A DNA stretch of 64,000 nucleotides from Gemmatimonadales bacterium (GTDB taxonomy: Bacteria; Gemmatimonadota; Gemmatimonadetes; Gemmatimonadales; GWC2-71-9): contig JANRIW010000027.1 of the NCBI GenBank assembly GCA_033764505.1, forward strand, positions 7,831 to 71,830. The letters are read 5' to 3'. Position numbers and translations under genes: made by a program. The notes beneath the pieces are model-generated. The model saw only the letters and a program-made list of their open reading frames with translations. It did not search any database and was not told the origin of the DNA. How positions within the stretch are numbered: position 1 is the stretch's first letter; each line of letters starts with the position of its first letter. Positions 19,708 to 28,308 of this stretch are shown piece by piece.

Positions 19708-19792
19708 CAGCAGACCTCGGAGGAGGAGATGGGGAGTGGCGGGAAATCTATATCCGATCCGGTGACGGTGTCATCTGCACGCCTCTCACCTT

Positions 19793-21811
19793 TCACTCGT
19801 CGTCGCCACCCTGACCCCGCCCCTCAACCAGCACCCGCACCGCCTCGCCGCCCACCGGCCGGAGCAGCCCGAAGCGCTTGCCGACCGTGCGGGCCAGAGT
19901 CGAGTCGGCTCCGGCACGCCAATTCCCATCTGCGACCGTGCCATCGGCGCGTCGTTGCAGTGCCGCCTCGCCAAGGGCGCCGAGCTCGGCGAGCGCAGTA
20001 GCTACGGCAGCTCCTTCCAACGCCACCGGGACTCGGTCCGTCATGCTGCGGAGTGCCGGGGCGAAGCGTTGCATCTTCTCGAAGTGCCCTCGCAGGGCCG
20101 CCACCGCGTTCGCGTCACCCGATACGGCCTGAGCGGCAAGTTGCTGCATCCGCCAGCCGAGCCACGGATCGGGACGAGCAGCATCGACCAGCCGGGTCAT
20201 CGGCGTCAACTGGTTGGTGCCGTAACCGCCGAACCCCTTGGGACGAGCGTAGTCGAGGAAGGACGCGAGCAGCTCCAGATCGGTGCCGCCGGCGTGCCTC
20301 CGCAGCATCCTGGCGGTGTGATCCTCGTGCCGGAGCCCTAGCTCGGCCAACTGTCGCGACACCACCTCGAGGCGGCGATACATGTCGGGGACATCGCGCA
20401 CCTTGGCGGGCGACCAGAATCGTTCTGCCACTGCACCCAGCCGGGGGAAGATGCGCGACTCGATGGTCTCGGAGGTGACATACTCGCTCCACATCGCCGC
20501 TTCGCCACCGAGCACGAGCCGTTGCTGGTCCTCGGCAAGGTCATGTCCTGCAGGGAGCACGTCGGCGAGGTACATCTCGCCGGCGGTCTTGATGTGATCG
20601 AGATACCACGGTGCCGAGAGGATCGTCTGGCGACCCTGCTTTGCCGCGGCGAGCAGCCCTTCCGGACCGCGCCAAGACTGGATCACCGCGCCGCGGGGAA
20701 GGTCGGGTTGCAGGATCTCGTCCCACCCCACCGGCTGCCGTTCATGGCGGGCCAGAATGGCAAAGAGTCGCTCGTTGAAGCGGGTCTGCAGTCCGTGCGT
20801 GTCGGTGACGTTGTTGGCCCGCATCCACGCTTGGATCGCCTCACTCTCCCGCCAGTGGGTCGGGTCGACTTCATCCCCGCCGATGTGCCAGCTCCGGTCC
20901 GGAAAGAGCGGCACCATCTCGGCAATGAATGTCTCGAGGAAGCGATAGGTCGATTCACGGGTCGGGTCCATCGTCCCCTTGAAGACCCCCCAGCCCCGCT
21001 CGATCCGGTACGGCCCGGGAGCACTGCCGAGCTCCGGATAGCCGACCAACCACGCGGTGGTGTGGCCGGGTACGTCGAACTCCGGCACCACCCGGATGCC
21101 GCGCTCGGCGGCGTAGGCCACCACCTTCCGGATCTCGTCCTGGGTGTAGAAGAGACCGTCGGAGCCGAGCTGGTGGAGCAGCGGGAAGGCGCGGCTCTCG
21201 ACCCTGAACCCCTGATCCTCGCTCAGATGCCAGTGCAATACGTTGAGCTTGAGTGCGGCCATCCCGTCGATGATCCGCTCGATCACGCTCACCGGTTCGA
21301 AGTGCCGGGCAACATCCACCAGCAGACCGCGCCAGGGAAAGCGCGGGGCGTCGTTGATGGTGGCTGCCTGGAGAAAATGTCCCTCGCGGTCGGCACCGTG
21401 CAGTTGGAGCAACGTTTCCAGGCCGCGAATGGCACCCACCACGGTGGCGGCATGGAGTCGCGCCTGTGTGGCGGAGATTTCGAGTTGGTAGCTCTCGTCC
21501 TCGCCGAGGTCGGGGACGGTGAACCCGGCGCCATCGACCTCGATCACCAACCGGGCTGCCTCTGGACTTGCCGCGGTGCGCGGGAGATGGCGGGCGACGC
21601 GTCGCTCCAACCGTTCGAGGGTCCGCTCCACGGCGCCTTCCAGGCGGGCGTCGCGGTGGCCGATCCAGGCCAGGGTGAACGAGGAATCGAGTCGCAAGCG
21701 CGCGTCAGTGAAGAGTGCGGATTGCGGGGTCGGCAACAACGTGTTGCTCGGCGAGCTCTGGGCGGCGAGCGATCCGGTGCCGATCATGATGGCAGTGATG
21801 AGTTTGCGCAT
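19793..21811 (-). CDS. Beta-N-acetylhexosaminidase (GH20)
   Basis: DAPRFPWRGLLVDVARHF, HWHLSEDQG, HIGGDE, GGEAAMWSE; start MRKLITA. Confidence 0.95.
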   Translation of the reverse strand: MRKLITAIMIGTGSLAAQSSPSNTLLPTPQSALFTDARLRLDSSFTLAWIGHRDARLEGAVERTLERLERRVARHLPRTAASPEAARLVIEVDGAGFTVPDLGEDESYQLEISATQARLHAATVVGAIRGLETLLQLHGADREGHFLQAATINDAPRFPWRGLLVDVARHFEPVSVIERIIDGMAALKLNVLHWHLSEDQGFRVESRAFPLLHQLGSDGLFYTQDEIRKVVAYAAERGIRVVPEFDVPGHTTAWLVGYPELGSAPGPYRIERGWGVFKGTMDPTRESTYRFLETFIAEMVPLFPDRSWHIGGDEVDPTHWRESEAIQAWMRANNVTDTHGLQTRFNERLFAILARHERQPVGWDEILQPDLPRGAVIQSWRGPEGLLAAAKQGRQTILSAPWYLDHIKTAGEMYLADVLPAGHDLAEDQQRLVLGGEAAMWSEYVTSETIESRIFPRLGAVAERFWSPAKVRDVPDMYRRLEVVSRQLAELGLRHEDHTARMLRRHAGGTDLELLASFLDYARPKGFGGYGTNQLTPMTRLVDAARPDPWLGWRMQQLAAQAVSGDANAVAALRGHFEKMQRFAPALRSMTDRVPVALEGAAVATALAELGALGEAALQRRADGTVADGNWRAGADSTLARTVGKRFGLLRPVGGEAVRVLVEGRGQGGDDE

Positions 21812-21907
21812 GGGGAATGTATGTCCCGGTCGGCACAAAAACGCGAGTGATGCGGTGCCGCTGACTATCTCTCCCGGAGCAACGATCGGAGAGATATACT
21901 TCCAGCC

Positions 21908-22708
21908 ATGCAAATCATCTCGCTCCACCGCTACCCGATCAAAGGGTGTCACGGCCAGACAGTCGATCGCGCGACCGTCGATGCGCTGGGAATGGTCGAT
22001 GATCGCCGTCTGATGCTGGTGGACGACGAGGGGCGCTTTCTCAGCCAACGCCAGATCCCCTCGCTTGCCCGGATCAGGCCGATCCTCGACGGCTCGCGGC
22101 TCACCGTGCAGGCGGAGGGGATCGCGACTCTCGAGATGGAGGTCGATCCTCACGCCGCCACCCGTACCGTGTCGATCTGGAACGACCAGGTGGAGGCGGC
22201 CGATCAGGGCGAGCCCGCCGCGGCATGGTTCAGCACGGTTGCCGGGCGGTCGTGCCGACTGGTGGGGTTCGGCGTCGGGGCGGAGCGGCCAATCGACCCC
22301 CAGTTCACGCCGCGACCGGACGCCCAGACCGCCTTCACCGACGGCTATCCGCTCCTCGGCATGCTGCAGGAATCACTCGACGACCTGAACAGCCGTCTCG
22401 CGGTTCCGGTCGCTATGGCATCGTTCAGGCCCACGGTGGTGCTAGCCGGTGCGCCGGCGTGGAGCGAGGATGGCTGGACCACCCTCCGCCTGGGCGAACT
22501 GGTGGTCGATGCCGTCAAGCCATGCGCACGCTGCGTGGTCACCACCATCGACCAGGAAAGCGGGACGCGCCATCCGCGGCAGGAACCGCTGCGGACCCTG
22601 GCGACTTTCCGGACGGTCGCCGGTATGGGCGTGCTGTTCGGGCAGAATCTGGTGCCCAGGACCGGGGGGGAGATCGTGGTGGGGATGGAGGTGAGAGGTG
22701 ACAGGTGA
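21908..22708 (+). CDS. MOSC domain protein (YcbX/mARC-like)
   Basis: RYPIKGC, DRRLM, FTDGYP, KPCARC. Confidence 0.92.
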   Translation: MQIISLHRYPIKGCHGQTVDRATVDALGMVDDRRLMLVDDEGRFLSQRQIPSLARIRPILDGSRLTVQAEGIATLEMEVDPHAATRTVSIWNDQVEAADQGEPAAAWFSTVAGRSCRLVGFGVGAERPIDPQFTPRPDAQTAFTDGYPLLGMLQESLDDLNSRLAVPVAMASFRPTVVLAGAPAWSEDGWTTLRLGELVVDAVKPCARCVVTTIDQESGTRHPRQEPLRTLATFRTVAGMGVLFGQNLVPRTGGEIVVGMEVRGDR

Positions 22709-22817
22709 AAGGGTGGACGGGATGTGGTCGAATCGTGAAACGTGAAAGGTGAAACGGAAGGTGGGGCGACAACCCCTTTCACCTTTCACCTTTCACCTTT
22801 CACCGTTCACCGTTAAC
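22691..22817. repeat. Heptamer inverted-arm element with conserved 20-nt core
   Basis: GTGANAG units at 22691-22711 and GTGAAAS units at 22735-22755; core GGAAG-GTGGGGC-GACAACCC; (CTTTCAC)x4 CGTTCAC CGTTAAC. Confidence 0.93.
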
Positions 22818-22862
22818 CCCCAGCCCCATCCCCGCAACCAGCCGACATGGAGTGCCTGATCA

Positions 22863-24032
22863 GTGACGATCCGCCTGTACCACGACTCGCCATCACTCGC
22901 GTTTGACGCCGTCGCGGTATCACATCCTGGCGGTGATGCCACCCGCGTGGTGCTCGACAGGACGGCGTTCTATCCCACCTCCGGTGGTCAGCAGCACGAC
23001 ACCGGGATTCTGGGGGGGGCACGCGTGGTCGATGTGATCGATGGCGACGATGACGCGATCATCCACGTCTGCGACGCACCGGTAGCACTCGGTCCCGTGC
23101 ATGGTCAGGTCGATGCCGCCCGACGACACGATTTCACCCAGCAGCACACTGCCCAGCATCTCGTATCAGCTCTTGCTGCCGATCGGCTCGGCTGGTCGAC
23201 CGAGAGCGTGCACTTCGGAGCGGAGCATTCGCACATCGAGTTCGGCGTAGAGACGGCTCCGGTCGAAGCGCTGCAGGCGCTGGAGCAGTGGGCCAACGGA
23301 GTGGTGAGCGATGCGCTACCGGTCACGGCGGGGCTGGAGGAGGCCGAGCAGGCGGCGGGTCTCCGCAAGCCACCGGCCCGAGGTGGCATGATCCGGGTGA
23401 TCACCATTGCCGGCATGGACCGGAGCGCGTGCGGCGGCACCCACACGGAGACCACCGCCCGGATCGGACCGATCCTGCTTCGTGGAGTCGAACGGATTCG
23501 CGGCCGGGTGAGAGTCGGCTTTCTGGCCGGTGACCGGGCCCTCGCCCACGCAGGTTGGCAGCACCAGCTCGTGATGGAGGTTGCCCGCACCCTCTGCTGC
23601 AGACCGGAACAGGTGAGCGGACAGCTCGGGCAGCGAATGACGGGATGGCAGGCCGCCAGCGAAGAGGTTGCCCGGCTGCGTGGGCGATTGGCACGGGAGA
23701 CGCTGGCCGCCCTGGCCGGCGCTACCAAGCCGGGTGTCGATGGCATTCGCTGGATCGAGCATCTGCTCCAGGCAGAGGATGCCGCTCTCTTGCGACCCCT
23801 GGCTCAGGCGGCCACGGAGCATCCGGGGGTGGTCTTCATTGGCCGGGTCGACGGGGAAGCCACCGTGGTTATCTCCTCTCACACCGGCACCGGCGTCGAT
23901 GCCGGAGCTCGGCTCAAGGCAGCGTTGGCGGCAACGGGTGGGCGGGGCGGGGGTTCGCCACGATTGGCAGAGGGCAAGGTGACCAAGGCCCCTGACGCAG
24001 CCACCGTGGTCGCTGCGCTGATGGCGCGGTGA
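22863..24032 (+). CDS. Alanyl-tRNA editing protein (AlaX-L type with DHHA1 domain)
   Basis: TAFYPTSGGQ, QQHTAQH, CGGTH, GGRGGG. Confidence 0.9.
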   Translation: MTIRLYHDSPSLAFDAVAVSHPGGDATRVVLDRTAFYPTSGGQQHDTGILGGARVVDVIDGDDDAIIHVCDAPVALGPVHGQVDAARRHDFTQQHTAQHLVSALAADRLGWSTESVHFGAEHSHIEFGVETAPVEALQALEQWANGVVSDALPVTAGLEEAEQAAGLRKPPARGGMIRVITIAGMDRSACGGTHTETTARIGPILLRGVERIRGRVRVGFLAGDRALAHAGWQHQLVMEVARTLCCRPEQVSGQLGQRMTGWQAASEEVARLRGRLARETLAALAGATKPGVDGIRWIEHLLQAEDAALLRPLAQAATEHPGVVFIGRVDGEATVVISSHTGTGVDAGARLKAALAATGGRGGGSPRLAEGKVTKAPDAATVVAALMAR

Positions 24033-24133
24033 GCGGGACATCGCAGTAGTCGATTGGTCTCCTCCTGAATCCGGTTACTTTGCGGTCGGTTACAGAAACC
24101 TGCCACCACCCATCCCGAGGATTCAAGACCACG

Positions 24134-24853
24134 ATGATTGTCGCGATGCTGCCGCTGTTGCTCTCCCTTGCCACTGACGCACACGGACCCGATACCACCC
24201 TGGTCAAGTTCACCAGTGACGTCGGTTTCGTGAGCACCTCCGGCAACACCTCGGTGCAGTCGCTCAATTTCGGCAACAGATTTTCGGCGGAAAAACGGGA
24301 TGTGACCTTCAGTCAGACCTTCAACGGCGTTTATGGACGCAGTCAGGGAGAGGTCGTAACCTCCAGTTGGCGAGGAGGGTTGCGGGCGGATCTGCGGACC
24401 TCGTCGAAGAAGATCTCGGTCTTCAACATGCTCAACTACGAGCGCAACGTTTTCGCGGGCATCGCCTCGAGAATCGCCGATGTGAGCGGGCTGAACTTGC
24501 TGGTGATCGATCGACCCCAGCATCGCTTGAACTTCGATGCCGGAATCTCCTATACCCGCCAACGCGGTGCTACAGCTTCCGGGCGCGACGTGGATTTTCT
24601 GGGCGGTCGCGCCGCCACGAATTATGCCCTGCAGTTGAGCACGAACGCGCAGTTCGTCCAGTCGGTAGAGCTGTTGCCCAATTTCCGCGAATCCGACGAT
24701 CTTCGCGTGAACACCGAGAGCACGCTCACCGCGCCGATCAGTCGGCATATCGGGATCAAGCTGTCCTATGTAATCCGCTATGATGGACAGCCTCAGCAGG
24801 ACTTCAAGACTACCGATCGCCTGTTCACCTCAGGCGTGCAGGTTTCCCTGTGA
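24134..24853 (+). CDS. DUF481 (YdiY-like) outer-membrane beta-barrel
   Basis: STSGNT, alternating beta strands, KTTDR near the C-terminus. Confidence 0.8.
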   Translation: MIVAMLPLLLSLATDAHGPDTTLVKFTSDVGFVSTSGNTSVQSLNFGNRFSAEKRDVTFSQTFNGVYGRSQGEVVTSSWRGGLRADLRTSSKKISVFNMLNYERNVFAGIASRIADVSGLNLLVIDRPQHRLNFDAGISYTRQRGATASGRDVDFLGGRAATNYALQLSTNAQFVQSVELLPNFRESDDLRVNTESTLTAPISRHIGIKLSYVIRYDGQPQQDFKTTDRLFTSGVQVSL

Positions 24854-26040
24854 GAGTGTCTCCTCTGCTGCTGCCCGCGCTCTTGGCGGCATTTGGCTGT
24901 ACCGGCGGCGATGCCAACTTCAGGGTTGTCGAGGAGGCGGGGGTGCGAACCGTGACCTCGATCGCGCCAGCCTGGTCCGGCGGGGCGAAGTGGCGCGTGG
25001 ATACCTTGCCGGAGCGTGTGGCGGGAGATGCGTCCAGGGCGGATGGCGCATTGCTGGTCAACGTGACCGGAGTTCATCTGCTGGAGGATGGCAGGCTCGC
25101 CGTGGTCTCAGGCGAGGATCGTCAGGTTGTGTACTTCGACCGGGATGGGGCGCTGGAGCGCCGCGTCGGTGCCCATGGCGATGCCTCGGGGCAATTCCAG
25201 CGTCCCCGGTTGATTGGCACCCGCGCCGATTCGCTGTGGATCTGGGATGCCGAGTTGCAGCGGGTGACCGTGATGGCACCGACAGGTGAAGTGGCCCTCA
25301 CTGTACCGGTGCCGCCCGGTTACTCGGCCACTGGAGTATTCGGTGATGGTTCGTTGCTGTTGGTCAGCGCGCGGGTCGTGCCGGTGCCCGGCGGTCTCGG
25401 GCTGCAGCGGGACAGTCTACTCCTCCATGCGGTAGATGACGGCGGCCAGCCCTCGGCTGACGCCCTGATGACTGTCCCGGGCGACGAAATGGTGGTAGCC
25501 CGGACAGCGGCATTCCAGACTGCGTTTCCCAGGCCTTTCGGGGCCCAGACGACGGTGGCCGCAAATGGCGACTGGCTCCAGGTGGCAGTTGGCGACAGCG
25601 AGGATCTGCTCAGGGTAAAGCGCGAGGGGGCGCGGCGTGAGGTCTGGCGGATAGCGCGGGCGCGACGAGCGGTTCCATTCGAGGACCTGCAGTCGCATGG
25701 AATGCGCCGCCGTGCGCAGGTGGCCCAATTGCCGCCGCTGGTGGCGAACAAGGTGGCCGATGCCATCGTCGCTGCAGGTGTACCCAACGCCTTGCCGGTG
25801 CATGATCAACAGATCGTCGATGCCACTGGACACACCTGGCTACGCGAGGATGTCGGTCCCGAGAAGCGCGACTCCGTCGCCCAGCGCTGGGACATTCTTG
25901 CCGAGGATGGCCGCTGGCTCGGTCAAGTGACTACGCCTGTGAGTTTTGCTGTCTGGCAGATCACCAGGGAACGGGTTGTCGGCGTGAGGCGCAACCAGTA
26001 CGGTGTCGAGGAAGTACACATCTATTGGTTGCGCCGCTGA
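24850..26040 (+). CDS. 6-bladed beta-propeller lipoprotein
   Basis: Lipobox AFGC; G..G.F..P motif, DSLWIWD, DGRWLG. Confidence 0.7.
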   Translation: MRVSPLLLPALLAAFGCTGGDANFRVVEEAGVRTVTSIAPAWSGGAKWRVDTLPERVAGDASRADGALLVNVTGVHLLEDGRLAVVSGEDRQVVYFDRDGALERRVGAHGDASGQFQRPRLIGTRADSLWIWDAELQRVTVMAPTGEVALTVPVPPGYSATGVFGDGSLLLVSARVVPVPGGLGLQRDSLLLHAVDDGGQPSADALMTVPGDEMVVARTAAFQTAFPRPFGAQTTVAANGDWLQVAVGDSEDLLRVKREGARREVWRIARARRAVPFEDLQSHGMRRRAQVAQLPPLVANKVADAIVAAGVPNALPVHDQQIVDATGHTWLREDVGPEKRDSVAQRWDILAEDGRWLGQVTTPVSFAVWQITRERVVGVRRNQYGVEEVHIYWLRR

Positions 26041-26164
26041 TCGCCACAGCATGCACCGTGCGCGCTGATGCCGGTTCAAGTGCCGCTGATCCGGCTTGTG
26101 GGATCATGCCGTCCGGCGTAATGTCAGGGAAAGTGTGGATCCTGATCGGGAGCAGATTGGACCG

Positions 26165-26803
26165 ATGAAAAAGGTGTCTGCCAAGGCATCGGAGCGATCG
26201 ACTCGACCGGCGATCGTTCTGCCAGCCGACGCGGCGCGGGAGCTGACCCGGCATCCCGCTGCGCGGGCGGCCTTCGAGCGCCTTTCCTACACCACTCGGC
26301 GGGAGCTGGTCGAGGGAATAGCTACCGCCAAACGGGTCGTCACGCGAGAACGACGGATTGCCCGGATGATCGCGCTGCTCTGTTCCGACCAGCCGGCCAC
26401 CCGGCCCGTCAACAGCACCAAGCCGATGATCACCAAGATGGGGATTGCTGCGGGAGCCAGGATCCTGGTCATTGATGCCGACGAGGCTGCGTTGGCGAGC
26501 TGGCGGGATCTGCCCGAAGGTTGCCAGCTCAGTCTGCGCCCGGGACGATCACCTCACGACGTGGTGGTGCTCTATCCCGCCAACGCGGCCGCCTTGGCAC
26601 GACGGCTCCCCGTCGCGTTGCGCGCCTGCGGCTCGGCCGGTGTACTCTGGGTGGCGTATCCAAAGAAGAGTTCCGGCATCGCGACCACCCTGACTCGTGA
26701 TACTGGCTGGGAACCGACTCAGCGCAAGGATATGCGTGCCATCGCGATGATCGCCCTCGACGACATCTGGGCGGGTGTCAAGTTTCGTCTTCTGCCGACG
26801 TGA
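26165..26803 (+). CDS. YdeI/OmpD-associated domain fused to DUF3052-like domain
   Basis: FERLSYT..R...AKR..TRERR; LWVAYPKKSSG...LTRDTGW. Confidence 0.7.
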   Translation: MKKVSAKASERSTRPAIVLPADAARELTRHPAARAAFERLSYTTRRELVEGIATAKRVVTRERRIARMIALLCSDQPATRPVNSTKPMITKMGIAAGARILVIDADEAALASWRDLPEGCQLSLRPGRSPHDVVVLYPANAAALARRLPVALRACGSAGVLWVAYPKKSSGIATTLTRDTGWEPTQRKDMRAIAMIALDDIWAGVKFRLLPT

Positions 26804-26810
26804 GGTTCCG

Positions 26811-27311
26811 ATGGGTCGATGGTCGCTCGTTTTGCTCGTGCTGGTCGCATGTGGTCCGGAAGCACAATCGCCTGACACCGGGACCGATTCCGCGGTGACC
26901 GAATCAGCGACTGTGCCACCAGCAGTCTCGGTCCTCGGCACCAGCCAGATGTCGGGGTGGGAGGAGCCGGTCGATGCGATCGTTGCCAATGCCACCAGCT
27001 GGACCGCTGCATGGGCGTACCAGCACGACGGGGTAGCACCGGTTCCGCCACGCCCGGAGGTGGATTTCGAGACCGCACGAGTGCTCATGGTTGCAGCCGG
27101 AATGCGGCCGAGCGGCGGTTTCGACCTCCAACTCACCAGTCACGCCATTGTCAGTGACACCATCACGATCGATGTGCTGCTGACCACGCCGGGACCAGAA
27201 TGCGCCGTCACCATGGCGCTCACCTCGCCGGCTCTCGCCATCCGAATCCCCTTGAATCCGGAAACCGTGGTGGTTCGCCGCACGGAACGGGTCGGCGAGT
27301 GCGCGCCGTGA
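26811..27311 (+). CDS. PrcB C-terminal domain lipoprotein
   Basis: Lipobox LVAC; PEVDF, GMRPSGGF, TMALTSP. Confidence 0.75.
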   Translation: MGRWSLVLLVLVACGPEAQSPDTGTDSAVTESATVPPAVSVLGTSQMSGWEEPVDAIVANATSWTAAWAYQHDGVAPVPPRPEVDFETARVLMVAAGMRPSGGFDLQLTSHAIVSDTITIDVLLTTPGPECAVTMALTSPALAIRIPLNPETVVVRRTERVGECAP

Positions 27312-27357
27312 TATTCCCCTGCCCCCATTCCTCCTCCCCAGTCTCAGGAGTGCCTGC

Positions 27358-27720
27358 ATGAATCGTCCGAAGGTTGCCGGTCTCGGTGGAGTCGTCCTGT
27401 TCGCTGATCGCGCTGATTCCCTGGCGCATTGGTATGAGCAACATCTGGGAATCTTCTTCACCCGGGAACCCGACAGTCATGAATGGTGGTCAGGAGCGGA
27501 GGGCGGGGTGGCCTTCGCGATCCATCAGGCCAAACATCCTCTCGGTCACGACCGACGCCACTGCGAACTCACCTGGCGAGTCGACGACCTCGATGCCCTG
27601 ATAGAGTACCTCTCGGAGTCGGGAACAACGGTCGAGGAACGGCAGGAATCACCCGACGGCGACTTCGCCTGGCTGGACGACCCGGAAGGAAACCGGATCG
27701 AGTTGTGGCAGGCGCGATAG
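27358..27720 (+). CDS. VOC/glyoxalase family protein
   Basis: WYEQHLG, RVDDLD, DPEGNRIELWQ. Confidence 0.9.
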   Translation: MNRPKVAGLGGVVLFADRADSLAHWYEQHLGIFFTREPDSHEWWSGAEGGVAFAIHQAKHPLGHDRRHCELTWRVDDLDALIEYLSESGTTVEERQESPDGDFAWLDDPEGNRIELWQAR

Positions 27721-27744
27721 CCGGTACCTGGCAATACCCCCCAG

Positions 27745-28251
27745 CTACCGCTGGGGGATCCGGGTCCGGTCGGGAAACTCGCTCCGCAATTGCGCCGTGC
27801 CGACCAGCATCACCCGCATGGCAGGCTCGGCGAGGGCGTCGACTCCAACAATCGTCAGCGCAAGAGGGGCGGTGGCATCACCCATTTCCAGAATGGTCGC
27901 CCGGACGCTTTCTGCCGCCTCGGGGGTGAGGTCTCGCACGTAGGCCGTCATCTGGATGATGTCGCCCGGGACCCCGCGTGCGGCAGTGATCACCGCCAGA
28001 AAATTGGTCATCGCCTGACGAACCTGACTCTCCACGGTCTCGCCCACCACTCGTCCGGCAGCATCAACCGGCACCATCCCGCTCACGAACACCGTCAAGC
28101 CGATGCGCACCGCGTGGGGCACCCCCGTGAGCACGGGGACGTCGGGCGCATTGATTCGTTGCGGCACCGGCACCGGAGCCGGCGAGGGGCGCTGTGGTGG
28201 TGCGGCACAGGCAGCGAGCAGGAGAAGCAGAGGGAGTGAGAGGCGTGACAT
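27745..28251 (-). CDS. RidA/YjgF-fold protein with lipoprotein signal
   Basis: LLLLLAAC; VFVSG.VP, QVRQAMTN. Confidence 0.75.
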   Translation of the reverse strand: MSRLSLPLLLLLAACAAPPQRPSPAPVPVPQRINAPDVPVLTGVPHAVRIGLTVFVSGMVPVDAAGRVVGETVESQVRQAMTNFLAVITAARGVPGDIIQMTAYVRDLTPEAAESVRATILEMGDATAPLALTIVGVDALAEPAMRVMLVGTAQLRSEFPDRTRIPQR

Positions 28252-28308
28252 GAGAATCCGGAAAAATGATGGATTTGGTGTAACGGCGAATTTGGGTTGT
28301 GTTGATGC

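Noticed and set aside
21812-22153. Apparent overlap of the GH20 and MOSC genes
   Set aside because: ORF over-extension; the signal peptide starts at 21811 and the genes are divergent.
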